Assembly (NCBI RefSeq): GCF_006345805.1
Contig: NC_042998.1
Span: 95,542,001-95,606,000, forward strand
Reading direction: 5' to 3'
DNA length: 64,000 bases
DNA from: Octopus sinensis
Lineage: Eukaryota
Shown here: positions 52,348 to 63,838 of the stretch, one piece after another
Layout: the number at the start of each line of letters is the position of its first letter
How positions within the stretch are numbered: position 1 is the first letter of the stretch
The notes under the pieces: model-generated
The model's input: only the letters and a program-made list of their open reading frames with translations
Told to the model about the DNA's origin: nothing
Databases searched by the model: none
Made by a program: the position numbers and the translations under genes

Positions 52348-52879
52348 CATACATATATACATACATATATACATATATACATACATACATATATACATAA
52401 TACATACATACATACATATATACATACATACATATATACATATGTGTGTGTGTGTGTGTGTATGTATGTATATATATATATATATTATATATATATATAT
52501 TATATATATAATATATATATATATATAGATATATATCGAAACACGTTTATTTCCAGGAGTAATGAGCTACACTTTTTATCCATGAAGTTAGTTGTTACAC
52601 TGTGAGATTAGCTGCTGTAGGAATGCGAGGATTTGAATGTTTCTAAATATTTGTTTGATTTCTTTAGGCAGCAGCAATGAAAGTAAAAAACAACTGTCTT
52701 TCTAATTTCAACTCCGTTGTGTTAAAAAATATCTTTTATGTATGCTAAGGAAAGAATGATGCGATGCTGCGATAAACTGTCGTTATTAACATCATGGAAT
52801 CTACTATAACATGGTCTAACAGAATATTTTCTTTTCCGTTTACTGTTCAAAGTGTCAGCGACACTACATGACCCAGTTT

Positions 52880-52892
52880 GGTCACCTTGACC
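52880..52892. promoter_or_regulatory. Perfect ERE-type palindrome GGTCAcctTGACC
   Basis: Exact GGTCAnnnTGACC in a unique island that also has TGTCAG x2 and TAATTA. Confidence 0.25.
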
Positions 52893-53504
52893 GGACAAAT
52901 CAGGGACACAGTGAGCTGTCAGCTCAGGTGCTAATTAAAACAATAATAACAGTTATGTGTGTCTGAGTTGAGTGAAAACATTATGTAAGTAACAGGGTGA
53001 GAGAGTTAGTTAAGAGAAAAAAAGAGAGAGAAAGAGAAATAAGCTAGAGAAAGATGGGAGGAAATTGAGAAGAAGAATGAGGGGAGATAATTTAAAGCGA
53101 GTAGTTTGTTACGTAACTTTTTAAAAGGAAAAAGGGAAGACAAACGCAAATGTTAGGGAAGTAAACAACCCTAGACGAGAGGTGGGGTGAACTAGAACAG
53201 GAAGAACTGGGGCTTTAAATATAATAGTGTTTAAAGAATGTAGCATATAAAACAAGTAAATGAATACAAAATAAACAGAAAGGAAGACAAGCAGAAAGGG
53301 AGAAGATTGATAGGAGTTATAAAAACCAAATGGGAGTGTAAAGGCTGTGATTTGTTTTTGGTGACAGAAGGGATAGGTCTTATGATTGCTTCTACAAACA
53401 CAGAACTATATTTTATGTATCTAAGTATTATGTTTATCAACATGTCGTTTTTAAAGAGATTTTAAACATTTCAACAAACATGTTTCATTGATATAAATAA
53501 ACGC

Positions 53505-53664
53505 AGGGGTGGCTGTGTGGTAAGTAGCTTGTTTACCAAGCACATGGTTCCGGGTTCAGTCCCACTGCGTGGCACCTTGGGCACGTGTCTTCTACTATAG
53601 CCTCTGGCCGACCAAAGCCTTGTGAGTGGATTTGGTAGACGGAAACTGAAAGAAGCCCGTCGTA

Positions 53665-53710
<46 letters not shown>

Positions 53711-53905
53711 CGTGTGTGTTTGTGTGTCTAATGCTGGTGTGTTTATGTCCCCGTCACTTAGCGGTTCGGCAAAAGAGACCGATAGAATAAGTACTGGGCT
53801 TACAAAGAATAAGTCCCGGGGTCGAGTTGCTCGATTGAAGGCGGTGTTCCAGCATGGCCGCAGTCAAATGACTGAAACAAATAAAAGAGTGAAGAGTAAA
53901 AGAGA
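53505..53905 (+). mobile_element. SINE family A, full length
   Basis: A box TGGCTGTGTGG, B box GGTTCAGTCCC, accttgggca CORE-like segment, internal (AT)n(GT)n and AAGAGT tail. Confidence 0.85.
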
Positions 53906-54282
53906 GTATATCGAGTAACATAGGATTGCTTATAAATATAATCTAGCCGTTACTTCGATTGTAGTCATTTTGCGGTGGGCTTGGTAGTATACTGGCAATT
54001 AAGTGATCGACAGGCAAAAATTGACTTTGGGTTGGGTATGGAATGAGCACGCCATCGTCCTCTCCTATACATCTGAGCAACGGCATTTGTCCATCCTTCT
54101 TTTGTTCACATATCCTGAAGAAGGGGACCGTATCCCCAAAATATAGAAACTCGAACTTTGCCATGTTTCTTTTTTGTAGTTTGGCTTGATAATTCGTCTC
54201 GCATTGCTTCCACTATGTCCAATAAGTTTCTTTAATGTTTGTGTGTGTGTGTGTGTATGTGTGTGTATGTGTGTATGTGTGT

Positions 54283-54329
<47 letters not shown>

Positions 54330-55024
54330 ATATAAAATATCGCATTTTGTCAACAATAGCGTCTTAGGCAAAATATTTCCAACGAACTGCATTTCTTGTG
54401 TCTGTAACTCAATGAATCCCAAAATTCATCGATCATAAAGCACAGTTTTTGTAAATGGATGACTAGTATATATAAACATCTACAACACTAACACACACAC
54501 ATACACACACACACACGCAAACACAAACACAAACACACAAACACAGACACACACACACAAATGGTCCTTTCTATGCCAATCAAACTCTGCTCGCAAAGCA
54601 TAGTTGAAAAAATGCGAGAAAATACCTGCTTAAGTTACCCCGCAGAGAGTACGAGCCCAGAACAAAATGGCTGCCAAGCGGAACAAAGATGTCTATACCC
54701 ATGATTATACCAATATTTGACTGTTGGGAAGTGTCAGGAAATTGACGGCAGTTTGACAGCAGCTTGACCGTAGTTTCGTACTGTGATGGCTGTTGGAGAA
54801 GGCCCATGCTAAATTAAACTGAAGCATAGTGAGCATTAAGTAACTATATAAAACATTTTAGTGACTGTCACAGAGGGAGCCGTATTATATAATTACGTTT
54901 TTATTGAACGTTTATAATCCGGGCGGAAGTATAGATTTAACCTGAACCCCTTGCCCGTTCCAAGCATTTTCATAAGTCTGTTCTAAACGTCCACGCCGGT
55001 TTTCAGACTTTTAGTTAGCCAGAG

Positions 55025-55335
55025 GTTACTCTTTTACTTGTTTCAGTCATTTGACTGCGACCATGCTGGAGCACCACCTTAAAGGATTTTATCGAAGAAA
55101 TCGACCCCAGGACTTATTCTTCGTAAGCTTAGCACTTATTCTATCCGTCTCTTTGGCCAAACCGCTACGTTACGGGGACGTAAACACAGCGGCATCAGTT
55201 GTCGAGCGATGATGGGGGAACAAACACAGACACACACACACACACAAACATATACACACATACATATACATACATACACACACACATACATACATACATA
55301 CACACACATACATACATACACACACACACATACAT

Positions 55336-55419
<84 letters not shown>

Positions 55420-55570
55420 TTATGTATATATATACATGACGGGCTTGTTTCAGTTTCAGTCTACCAAATCTACTTACAAGGCTTTGGTTGTCTCGAGGTT
55501 ATATTAGAAGACAGAACCCTGAACTATATTGTTTTTTGGGGAAGCAAGCTTCTTACCCACAGACACGCCT
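55025..55570 (-). mobile_element. SINE family A with expanded internal microsatellite (~200 bp)
   Basis: Both halves flank a long CA/TACA/TA tract. Confidence 0.8.
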
Positions 55571-55794
55571 GGTGCCTATTCTCAACTATTTCTTTTTTTT
55601 TTTTTTTTATCTATGGAGCCCTTTGATTACTATTTCATTCTGGTGGACCCCCATAGCCATTCAATGTTTAAAAACTAGTTTTATAGAAACCTCTTTCAAA
55701 ATTCCTGTTTTGTTTTTAACACATTAACTTTTGTAGGTTGAACTATGTAAAAATGTTTGAGGAAAAAAAAAGCGTGGCTGTTTCTTGCAACACA

Positions 55795-56610
55795 TTCTAA
55801 TACATACATTTAAGGGGCTAAACACAGAGAGGACAAACAAGGACAGACATAGGTATTAAGTCGATTACATCGACCCCAGTGAGTAACTGGTACTTAATTT
55901 ATTGACCCCGAAAGGATGAAAGGCAAAGTCGACCTCGGCGGAATTTGAACTCACAACGTAACGGCAGCCGAAATACCGCTAAGCATTTCGCCCGACGTGC
56001 TAACGTTTCTGCCAGCTCGCCGCCTAAGATTTCACAAAGAAATGTTGCTAGTAAAATGGTTAACATTTTCCTGAAAATTATGAGAATAGCATGCACTGCG
56101 TGGAAGGAAGTATAATCCTTTCTGCTAAAGGCACAAGGCCTGAAATTTATAGGAAGGGGACTAGTCGATTATATCGACTCCATTGTATCACTACTACATA
56201 ATTCATCGACATCGAAAGGATGAAAGACAGAGTCGACTTCGGTGGAATTTGAACTCAGAACGTAGCGGCGGATGAAATACCTATTTCTTTACTACCCACA
56301 AGGGGCTAAACATAGAGAGGAGACAAACAAGGACAGACAAACGGATTAAGTCGAGTATATTGACCCCATTGCGTAACTGGTACTTATTTAATCGACCCCG
56401 AAAGGATGAAAGGCAAAGTCGACCTCGGCGGAATTTGAACTCAGAACGCAGCGGCAGACGAAATACCCACTAAGCAGTTCGCCCGGCGTGCTAACGTCTC
56501 TGCCAGCTCTCTGCTTTGGATTTCACAAAAGAAATGTTGGTAGTAAAATGGTTGACATTTTTTCTGAAAACTATGGCAATAACATGCATTGACTGGAAGG
56601 AGGCATAATG
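55795..56610 (-). repeat. Old duplication of a family B SINE plus unique flank, with a third SINE between the copies
   Basis: SINEs at ~55795-56025 and ~56281-56515 are each followed by gatttcacaaa.gaaatgttg.tagtaaaatggtt.acatttt.ctgaaaa.tatg. Confidence 0.7.
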
Positions 56611-57751
56611 TTAGTTTGAAAGTATAGTGAAAGAAACTTTATCCATCCTATACGAAGTAAACAACAGCCCCTCTCCCGTGTGTATGTAGTTTCTCTAGTT
56701 TTTTTTTTAATTTCAGAAAATAAATAAATCTCCAAGTCCTTATTCAATAGGTTGTGTAGTTATTTAGCAATTCAGCCAAGCCTGATTCTTGCTGTCAACC
56801 TCGGTATCTGTCTCAGTTGTTTTTTCTCTCTCCATTACTTGACAGCTCAGGCTAACAAACCAAAAAAAAAACTACTACCCAGACGGTTTAAATATGTGTG
56901 TGTATGTGTGTATTTGTTTGTGTGTGTATGTGTGCCTGAGCGTGTATGTATACGAGTCTCTTTCTCTCCTTCTCTCTCTCACACTCTCTCTCTCTCTCTC
57001 TTTCTCTCAGAAACACACTCACACATACACATACATACACACACACTCTCTCTGTCACACACATACACACACGCACACACATATATACAAACACACTCTC
57101 ATACACACTCACACACTGTCTTTCTAGCTGAAATACGCACGCACACACTCTATTTTTCTCTCTCTCTTTCTCTGTCTGTCTTTCTCTCTTTGTCTCTGTC
57201 TGTCTGTCTCTGTCTCTGTCTGTCTGTCTGTCTCTCTCTCTTTCTCTCTCTTTGCCATATACATACTCGCTCTCCCTGCAACACACACACCTTCTGCTTT
57301 TGTGTGTTTGTGTATATGAGTGTCTTTCTAGTTCTCCTCTCTCCCTACTCTATCTCATACATGCGTTCATACGTGTGTGTGTGTGTGTGTGGAGGAATGG
57401 AGTGTTAAGTGGGCGTGAATGGTTTAAAGCATCTGATTTTGTTGTTGTTTTGTGCTGGTTTAGCCTTGAGCAACCTCGAACAAACATGCCTATCATCAAA
57501 AGTCATGTCAACCACGACTATCCCATATTTTTGCCCGCATTACTTAACTACGACTACATTATCCAGGGTATCCTTCCCATTTTTAAACCGGTAAGGTGTA
57601 ATTTGAGTGAAATCTAGCTGCAGTTTTTAGCAGGCGAATGACCACATAGGGGGTTCTCATTTTGGCATTCATGTCTGGGATCTAGTTAAATTTCTTCCAG
57701 CCACTTGTAGTTTTTTGCTTGCTGATAGCAAAAATGAAATTAATTTTTTCT

Positions 57752-57914
57752 AGGCGTAGGGGTGGCTGTGTGGTAAAGTAGCTTGCTTACGAACCACATG
57801 GTTCCAGTTCAGTCCCACTGCGTGGCACCTTAGGCAAATGTCTTCTGCTATAGCCTCGAGCCGACCAAATCCTTGTGAGTGGATTTGGTAGACGGAAACT
57901 GAAAGAAGCCCGTC

Positions 57915-57991
<77 letters not shown>

Positions 57992-58198
57992 TGTGTCTGT
58001 GTTTGTCCCCCCCATCAACATCGCTTGACAACCGATGCTGGTGTGCTTACGTCCTCGTAACTAAGCGGTTCGGCAAAAGAGACCGATAGAATAAGTACTA
58101 GGCTTACAAAGAATAAGTCCTGGGGTCGATTTGCTCGACTAAATGCGGTGCTCCAGCATGGCCACAGTCACATGACTGAAAACAAGTAAAAGAGTAAA
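57752..58198 (+). mobile_element. SINE family A, full length (family B copy at ~58205-58420, minus strand)
   Basis: Same layout as 53505-53905. Confidence 0.85.
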
Positions 58199-59100
58199 TT
58201 AATTGTCTTTTCTCCAATAGACACAAAGCCTGAAATTTGTGAGGAGGGGGATAGTCGATCACACCGACTCCAGTACTCAGCTGGTATTTATTTAGTATCC
58301 CCCGAAAGGATGAAAGGCAAAGTCGACCTCGGCGGAATTTCAACTCTGAACGTAAATACGGACGAAATGCCGTTAAGCATTTTGTCCCGGTGTGCAAACG
58401 ATTCTGCCAGCACACTGCCTTTTTTCCTAAGAAATTAATAATAATAAGAAAAAAAGTTACATGCATTTAAAATTATGCATAATCTTAGCCAATCGCAAGC
58501 CGTCATTGTCGGATATACCGGACGTCGTAACTGTTCATCCTCATGGGAACAGCATATATGAAACTTTTAGATAGTCCCTCGCCTTGCTAGAAATAGCAGT
58601 CAGATCTTTCTTTAACCACACCATAACGTCTAAAGAGAAAAAAAACAAAAAAATGACGAAGCATTTTGCCAGCCACAGTGCAGTTTATTTCCTCGCTTGT
58701 TGAGTGTTACTAATAACATTTAAGTTAAAATCGATTCTCCTCAGATGTAATTTTTTTTATCGAACTCATGGCCCTAAAAACATTTTGTAGGCTCTTCAGA
58801 TTGATATTAAATGTATTTTCATATTCACTTATGATAAAATTGTAAACGGGGGTGGCTGTGTGGTAAGAAGCTTGCTTCCCAACCACATGGTTCCGCGTTC
58901 AGTCCTACTGCGTGGCACCTTGGGCAAGTGTCTTCTTCTATAGCCTCGGACCGACTAAATTCTTGTGACTGGATTTGGTAGATGGAAACTGAAAGAAGCC
59001 CGTCGTATGTCTATCATATACGATGCATTTATGTCAGGGAAATATGTGCCGTATAAAACATGTGATACGAAGGGCCGGGTTAAGGCAGAAGTTTGAGAAT

Positions 59101-59500
59101 CATAGGCGCAGGAGTAGCTGTGTGGTAAGTAACTTGCTTACCAACCACATGTTTCCGGGTTCAGTCCCACTGCGTGGCACCTTGGGCAAGTGTCTTCTAC
59201 TATAGTGATTTGTATATGAGTGTATTTGTATGTGAGTGGATTTGGTAGACGGAAACTGAAAGAAGCCCGTCGTATATATGTGTGTGTATGTTTGTGTGTC
59301 TGTGTTTGTCCCCCTAGCATTGTTTGACAACCGATGCTGGTGTGTTTATGTCTCCGTCACTGAGCGGTTCGGCAAAAGAGACCGATAGAGTAAGTACTAG
59401 GCTTACAAAGAATAAGTTCCGGCGTCGACTTGCTCGACTAATGGCGGTGCTCCAGCATGGCCGCAGTCAAATGACTGAAACAAGTAAAAGAGTAAGAGGG
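59101..59500 (+). mobile_element. SINE family A, full length (partial copies at ~58847-59010 and ~59535-59780)
   Basis: Starts ataggcgcaggagtagctgtgtgg and ends gtaaaagagtaagag. Confidence 0.85.
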
Positions 59501-60892
59501 TAAACGAATCTCCCTTTTGATATCAAACCGCAGTTGTGTGTGTGCATGCGTGCGCGCGCGTCTGTGTTTGTCCCCACCACGACCACCACCGCTTGAGAAC
59601 TGGTTTTGGTGTATTTGCGTCCCCGTAGCCTAGCGGTTCGGCTAAAGAGACCTATAGAAGAAGTACCAGGTTTAAAAAAGAAGTACTATGGTCGATTCAT
59701 TCGACTAAATATCCAAAGCGGTGCCCCAGCGTGACCGCAGTCCAATGACTGCAACAAGTAAAATAATAAAAGAATGCTTAAAAGAAAAAAAAAAGTGGCG
59801 GCAATGGAGGAAAAAGAACCGGTTACCGGCGTTGTTACTGCATGGAGTATAGTGTTGATGACGTTGCTAATAATGATGGTGGTGGTATTGATGGTATTCT
59901 TTCTTCACCACCAAACATTGTAAAGTAATTTTATCATAAGAAAGGAGAAAGTATATTTAATATCGATGTGGGAGGGATGCGGTAAGTGTTTTATGAGTCG
60001 TGATTATATCCACGGAGATCGACTTTAATCTACATGTTATTAACACCCAAGAAATAGAAACTACTTAAGCCTGCCTCAGACGAGGAAATAAACGGTGCAG
60101 TGACACAATGTGTCGCCCACTTTGTATTTTAGACGTTATGGTGTAGTTTGAAGAAGATTTGGCTACTATTTCTAACAGGTCGAGAGACCACATAGGGGTT
60201 TCGTGAGTGCTGTTCCCAAGCGGACAAACAGTTACGACTTCCGGCAGTGGAGACATCGGTTGGCTAAAATTACATAATTTTTAGATATTTGAAATTTTTT
60301 TAATAATTTGTTTCTTGGGTGGGGTTGAGAAAAGAAAGCGAATGTAATTTTCGTTGTAAGCAACCAAAACATGGAAGAACTTTAATAAGATCCTGTCTCT
60401 TCTAATATAATAAATACGAAATCTAATTTCTGTGTGTCAGTGTGTCACACTTTGACTCTAGCCTCCCTCATTATTCAACGAAAACTTCCTAGTGCTGGGG
60501 TGAGAGTAGTAGTAGGCAGAGAAACGGCGGGGGTGGTGGCGAAGACTGAGAGAGAGAGATACAGAGAGAGACAGAGAGAAAGAAAAAGAGAGGGTGAGAA
60601 AGAGAGAACGAAATTTAGAGAGAGTTGATGATGTGTTATTAAAAGTAGTAGTGCTGGTGGTGGCAGTGGGAGTAATAATAATAAGAGGGAGAGAGAGAGA
60701 GAGAGAGACTGTGTATGTGAGAGAAAGAGGGAGATAATGTACAACTTTCCTGAACAGAAATTCCTGTTACCGGGACATAAACACACCAGCATCGGTTGTC
60801 AAGCGATGTTGGCACACAAACATACATCAGAACCATCTACTGAACACTGTCAGTTTTGTTTTATGTTTTACTTTCTTGAATACATACATATA

Positions 60893-61963
60893 CGAGGGGC
60901 GTTCAATAAGTAATGCCCCTGACCCACTTCCCATTGCAGTAGAGCAACGAAACTTGGCACAGTTATTAGGCTTTTTCTACATAGGAACTACCCAGAGTTA
61001 TGCATTTCTTCCATCGTTTGATGAAGCTCTGGAAACCGTTTTTGTAGAAGACCCCAGCTTGGTCCTCCAACCACGACGTGACTTCAGAAATCAAGGCTGC
61101 ATCATCTGGGAAACGCTTTCCTTTAAAAAACAACTTCATGACTGGGAAGAGGGGAAAATCAGAGGGTGCAAGGTCAGGAGAGTAGGGGGGATGGGGGAGG
61201 AGTTCATAGCCGCACGCCTGTGCTTCTGATCTGGCGACACGCGAGTTGTGGACCGGAGCGTTGTCCTGCAGGAGGAGGATGCCTTTGCTGATCTTGCGCC
61301 GCCTCTTGATTTTGATAGCTTCTCTTAATTTCCTCAAAAGTGAAGCATAATAGGCTCCTGTAACTGTGGTACCCTTTGCCAGGAAATCTGTCATCACTAC
61401 TCCGTCCTGGTCCCAGAAGACTGTGAGCATGACCTTGCCAGCGGAGGGCTGCACCCTTGCCTTCTTTGGAGGAGGTGAGTCACGGTGCTTCCACTGTATT
61501 GACTGGGCTTTGGTCTCTGGATCATAGTGATGGACCCAGGTTTCGTCCTGTGTAATCAGCCACAACTTGACGGACAGATGCCTCATCAATGGCAGAAGGG
61601 GGGGGGGGCGACCAGATCTGTGAGCTGTTTCCACAGAGTTCCGACCATGTTTGAATTCACGATGCCAGCGTTTTACAAGGTCATATGATGGGACATCATC
61701 ACCATAAGTTACTTTCATTTCATCAAAAGTCTCCCGTGGTGTGCGTCCTTTCAAATACAAAAACCGGATCACTGCTTGACACTCAACAGGCTCCATTTCA
61801 CACTTGACTCAGTTCAAACACCTGTAAATCAGAAACCACAATTAGTTCATAGCTGTAATTTGCCACTTAATCTATAGAGATATAGATAATTGCACATGCA
61901 AAATTTCAGCTAGATCAAACAACTGAAAGTGGGTCAGGGGCATTACTTATTGAACGCCCCTCG
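60893..61963 (-). mobile_element. Mariner (irritans-like ends), internally deleted, with perfect 37-bp TIRs and TA TSD
   Basis: TA|cgaggggcgttcaataagtaatgcccctgacccactt at both ends. Length 1071 bp. Confidence 0.95.
60966..61796 (-). CDS. Mariner transposase, 276 aa, missing the second HTH/linker region
   Basis: TQDETWVHHY, LLQDNAPVH and YSPDLAPSDF are intact. The SGRP motif joins almost directly to LITQDETW. Confidence 0.8.
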   Translation of the reverse strand: MEPVECQAVIRFLYLKGRTPRETFDEMKVTYGDDVPSYDLVKRWHREFKHGRNSVETAHRSGRPPPLLPLMRHLSVKLWLITQDETWVHHYDPETKAQSIQWKHRDSPPPKKARVQPSAGKVMLTVFWDQDGVVMTDFLAKGTTVTGAYYASLLRKLREAIKIKRRRKISKGILLLQDNAPVHNSRVARSEAQACGYELLPHPPYSPDLAPSDFPLFPVMKLFFKGKRFPDDAALISEVTSWLEDQAGVFYKNGFQSFIKRWKKCITLGSSYVEKA

Positions 61964-62053
61964 TATATGAGTGTGTGTGTACACACACTCACACACACAC
62001 ACACACACATAAAATACACTTTAATTGATATATTTTCGCCAAAATTAAACATA

Positions 62054-62326
62054 TCTAATATAATAAATGTGAATGTCTGCGTCACACTTTTTCAACTTTA
62101 CTCCCAGAGGCCGTAGCCCAACATATACCATTTTGGAATCAGGCTGACTCCGTGAGTAAATTAAAAACATTCCGCGTCGAATCCGGACCTGCAATCCTGA
62201 AGTTTTGGATTCCTATGTTTCCATTACTGCGATTGTTTTCGGCGATTTTGTTTTACGATGATTTTTAGTGACGAATATGATCATCATTGGAATATGACTC
62301 TGGAGGAAGCAAGTGCTACATACTAG
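62054..62326 (+). mobile_element. Possible non-autonomous Helitron-like repeat
   Basis: Starts TC-TAATATAATAAATG like the starts at ~60398 and ~63839, and ends in CTAG. The 3' hairpin is poor. Confidence 0.3.
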
Positions 62327-62475
62327 CTTAAAAGCCGCCCTATCGCGCGACTTTTAAGCTAATAATAAATATATAATAATAAATCTCTGAGCGAGGTATA
62401 AACAGTAACTGCTCTGTAATATAAGCGGGATCAGCCATCTGAATGTGGCTAGGGACAGGGCGGGGTGGTGGGGGT

Positions 62476-62500
<25 letters not shown>

Positions 62501-62507
<7 letters not shown>

Positions 62508-62735
62508 TTTCCTGTTGAAGGCCAGTTTATGGGTTTACCCTCGGTTTCCCGTCCATAAACGGTTTAACTTTATGGCGTGAAGTCAGACCCGGAGACCTGT
62601 TGGCTTATAACTTATTTTAAAGAGGTCATAGGCCAACACATCTTGGGGTCTGAAGATACGCCATAAAGTTAAACCATTAATGGACGGGAAACCCAGGGTA
62701 AGCGCATAAACTGGCCTTCATCAAGAAAAAATATA
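62501..62735. mobile_element. Palindromic MITE (~235 bp)
   Basis: Outer ~80-bp arms (gaaggccagtttatg...aactttatggcgt) plus nested inner arms, next to (TA)n. Confidence 0.8.
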
Positions 62736-62863
62736 AACTGCTCTACTTAGAGTGTGTTTCTTCTCCGGATTTATGTTTGTCTAAAATGAATTCTGTAGAG
62801 CCTCGGTTTTCGAATAATTCTGATCACAAATAAATCGTTCTGTCTTTTTCATATTCATTTAAT

Positions 62864-62910
62864 ACAGTAGTACCTCGGTTTATGAACGCCTCTGATCACG
62901 AATAAATCGA
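62864..62910. mobile_element. Tigger/pogo-like terminal fragment
   Basis: TA|cagtagtacctcggtttatgaac, with a second partial copy at ~62798-62840. Confidence 0.5.
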
Positions 62911-62914
62911 GCGT

Positions 62915-63049
<135 letters not shown>

Positions 63050-63066
63050 ATATATATAATATACCG

Positions 63067-63133
63067 GAGTTTCACGTTCCCGTTCGTCGGACAGTTTTTG
63101 CAAAAACTGTCCGACGAACGGAACGTGAAACTC
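63067..63133. repeat. 67-bp loopless palindrome (one 1-nt indel)
   Basis: gagtttcacgttcccgttcgtcggacagtttttg|caaaaactgtccgacgaacggaacgtgaaactc. Confidence 0.95.
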
Positions 63134-63149
63134 AGAGTAACAGGTTTTG
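63101..63149 (+). ncRNA. Type I hammerhead-ribozyme-like motif
   Basis: Stem I caaaaaCTGT / ACAGgttttg, core CCGACGA (U4C), stem II ACG-GAA-CGT, GAAA, stem III ACTC-A-GAGT and triplet GTA. AATAAA at 63170-75. Confidence 0.6.
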
Positions 63150-63199
63150 TTGAATTTTCTGCTGCTTTAAATAAAGTATATATATATATATATATATAT

Positions 63200-63828
63200 A
63201 ATAGCGTGGCTGTGTAGTAAAATGCATGCTTCCCAACCATATAGTTCTAGATTCAGTACCGCTGCGTGGCACCTTGGGCAAGTCTCTTCTACTATAGTCT
63301 CTGGCCGACCAAAGCCTTGTGATTTGGTGGGCGGAAATTGAAAGAAGTCCATCGTATATGTATATACATGCGTATATATTTGTGCATTTGTGTCTGCCTT
63401 TGTCCCCCCCTTCCCAATTGATAACCGATGTTGGTGTGTTTACATCCCTATATCTAGCAGTTCAGCAAAAGTGTCGATAGAATAAGTACTAGGCTTAAAA
63501 GATAAGTCGTGGGGTCGATTTGTTCGACTAAACACACACACACACACACATATATATATTCTTTTATTTGTTTCAGTCATTTTGACTGTGGCCATGCTGG
63601 ACCACCGCCTCTAGTCGAGCAAATCGACCCCAGGGTTTATTCTTTGTAAGCCTAGTACTTATTCTATCAGTCTTTTTACCGAACCGCTAAGTTACGGGGA
63701 CATAAACACACCAGCATCGGTTGTCAAGCAAACACAGACACACAAACATTTACACACACATACAAATATATATTTATATATATATATATATATATATAAG
63801 CTATTTACCACACAGCCACTCTTGCGCC
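63200..63828. mobile_element. Two family A SINEs in opposite orientation (~63200-63530 +, ~63557-63828 -)
   Basis: The plus copy lacks its tail and the minus copy lacks the CORE-like segment. Confidence 0.75.
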
Positions 63829-63838
63829 TATATATATA

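Noticed and set aside
53505-53580. tRNA genes at SINE heads (also ~5070-5142, ~5474-5545 and others)
   Set aside because: Only A/B-box-like motifs are present and they continue into SINE bodies. No convincing cloverleaf.
54580-54807. 75-aa minus-strand ORF as a coding exon
   Set aside because: No recognisable domain or partner exons. The length is within chance for this local GC content.
60966-61796. SETMAR-like host gene
   Set aside because: No SET domain. The ORF lies between perfect TIRs with a TA TSD, so it is a transposon.
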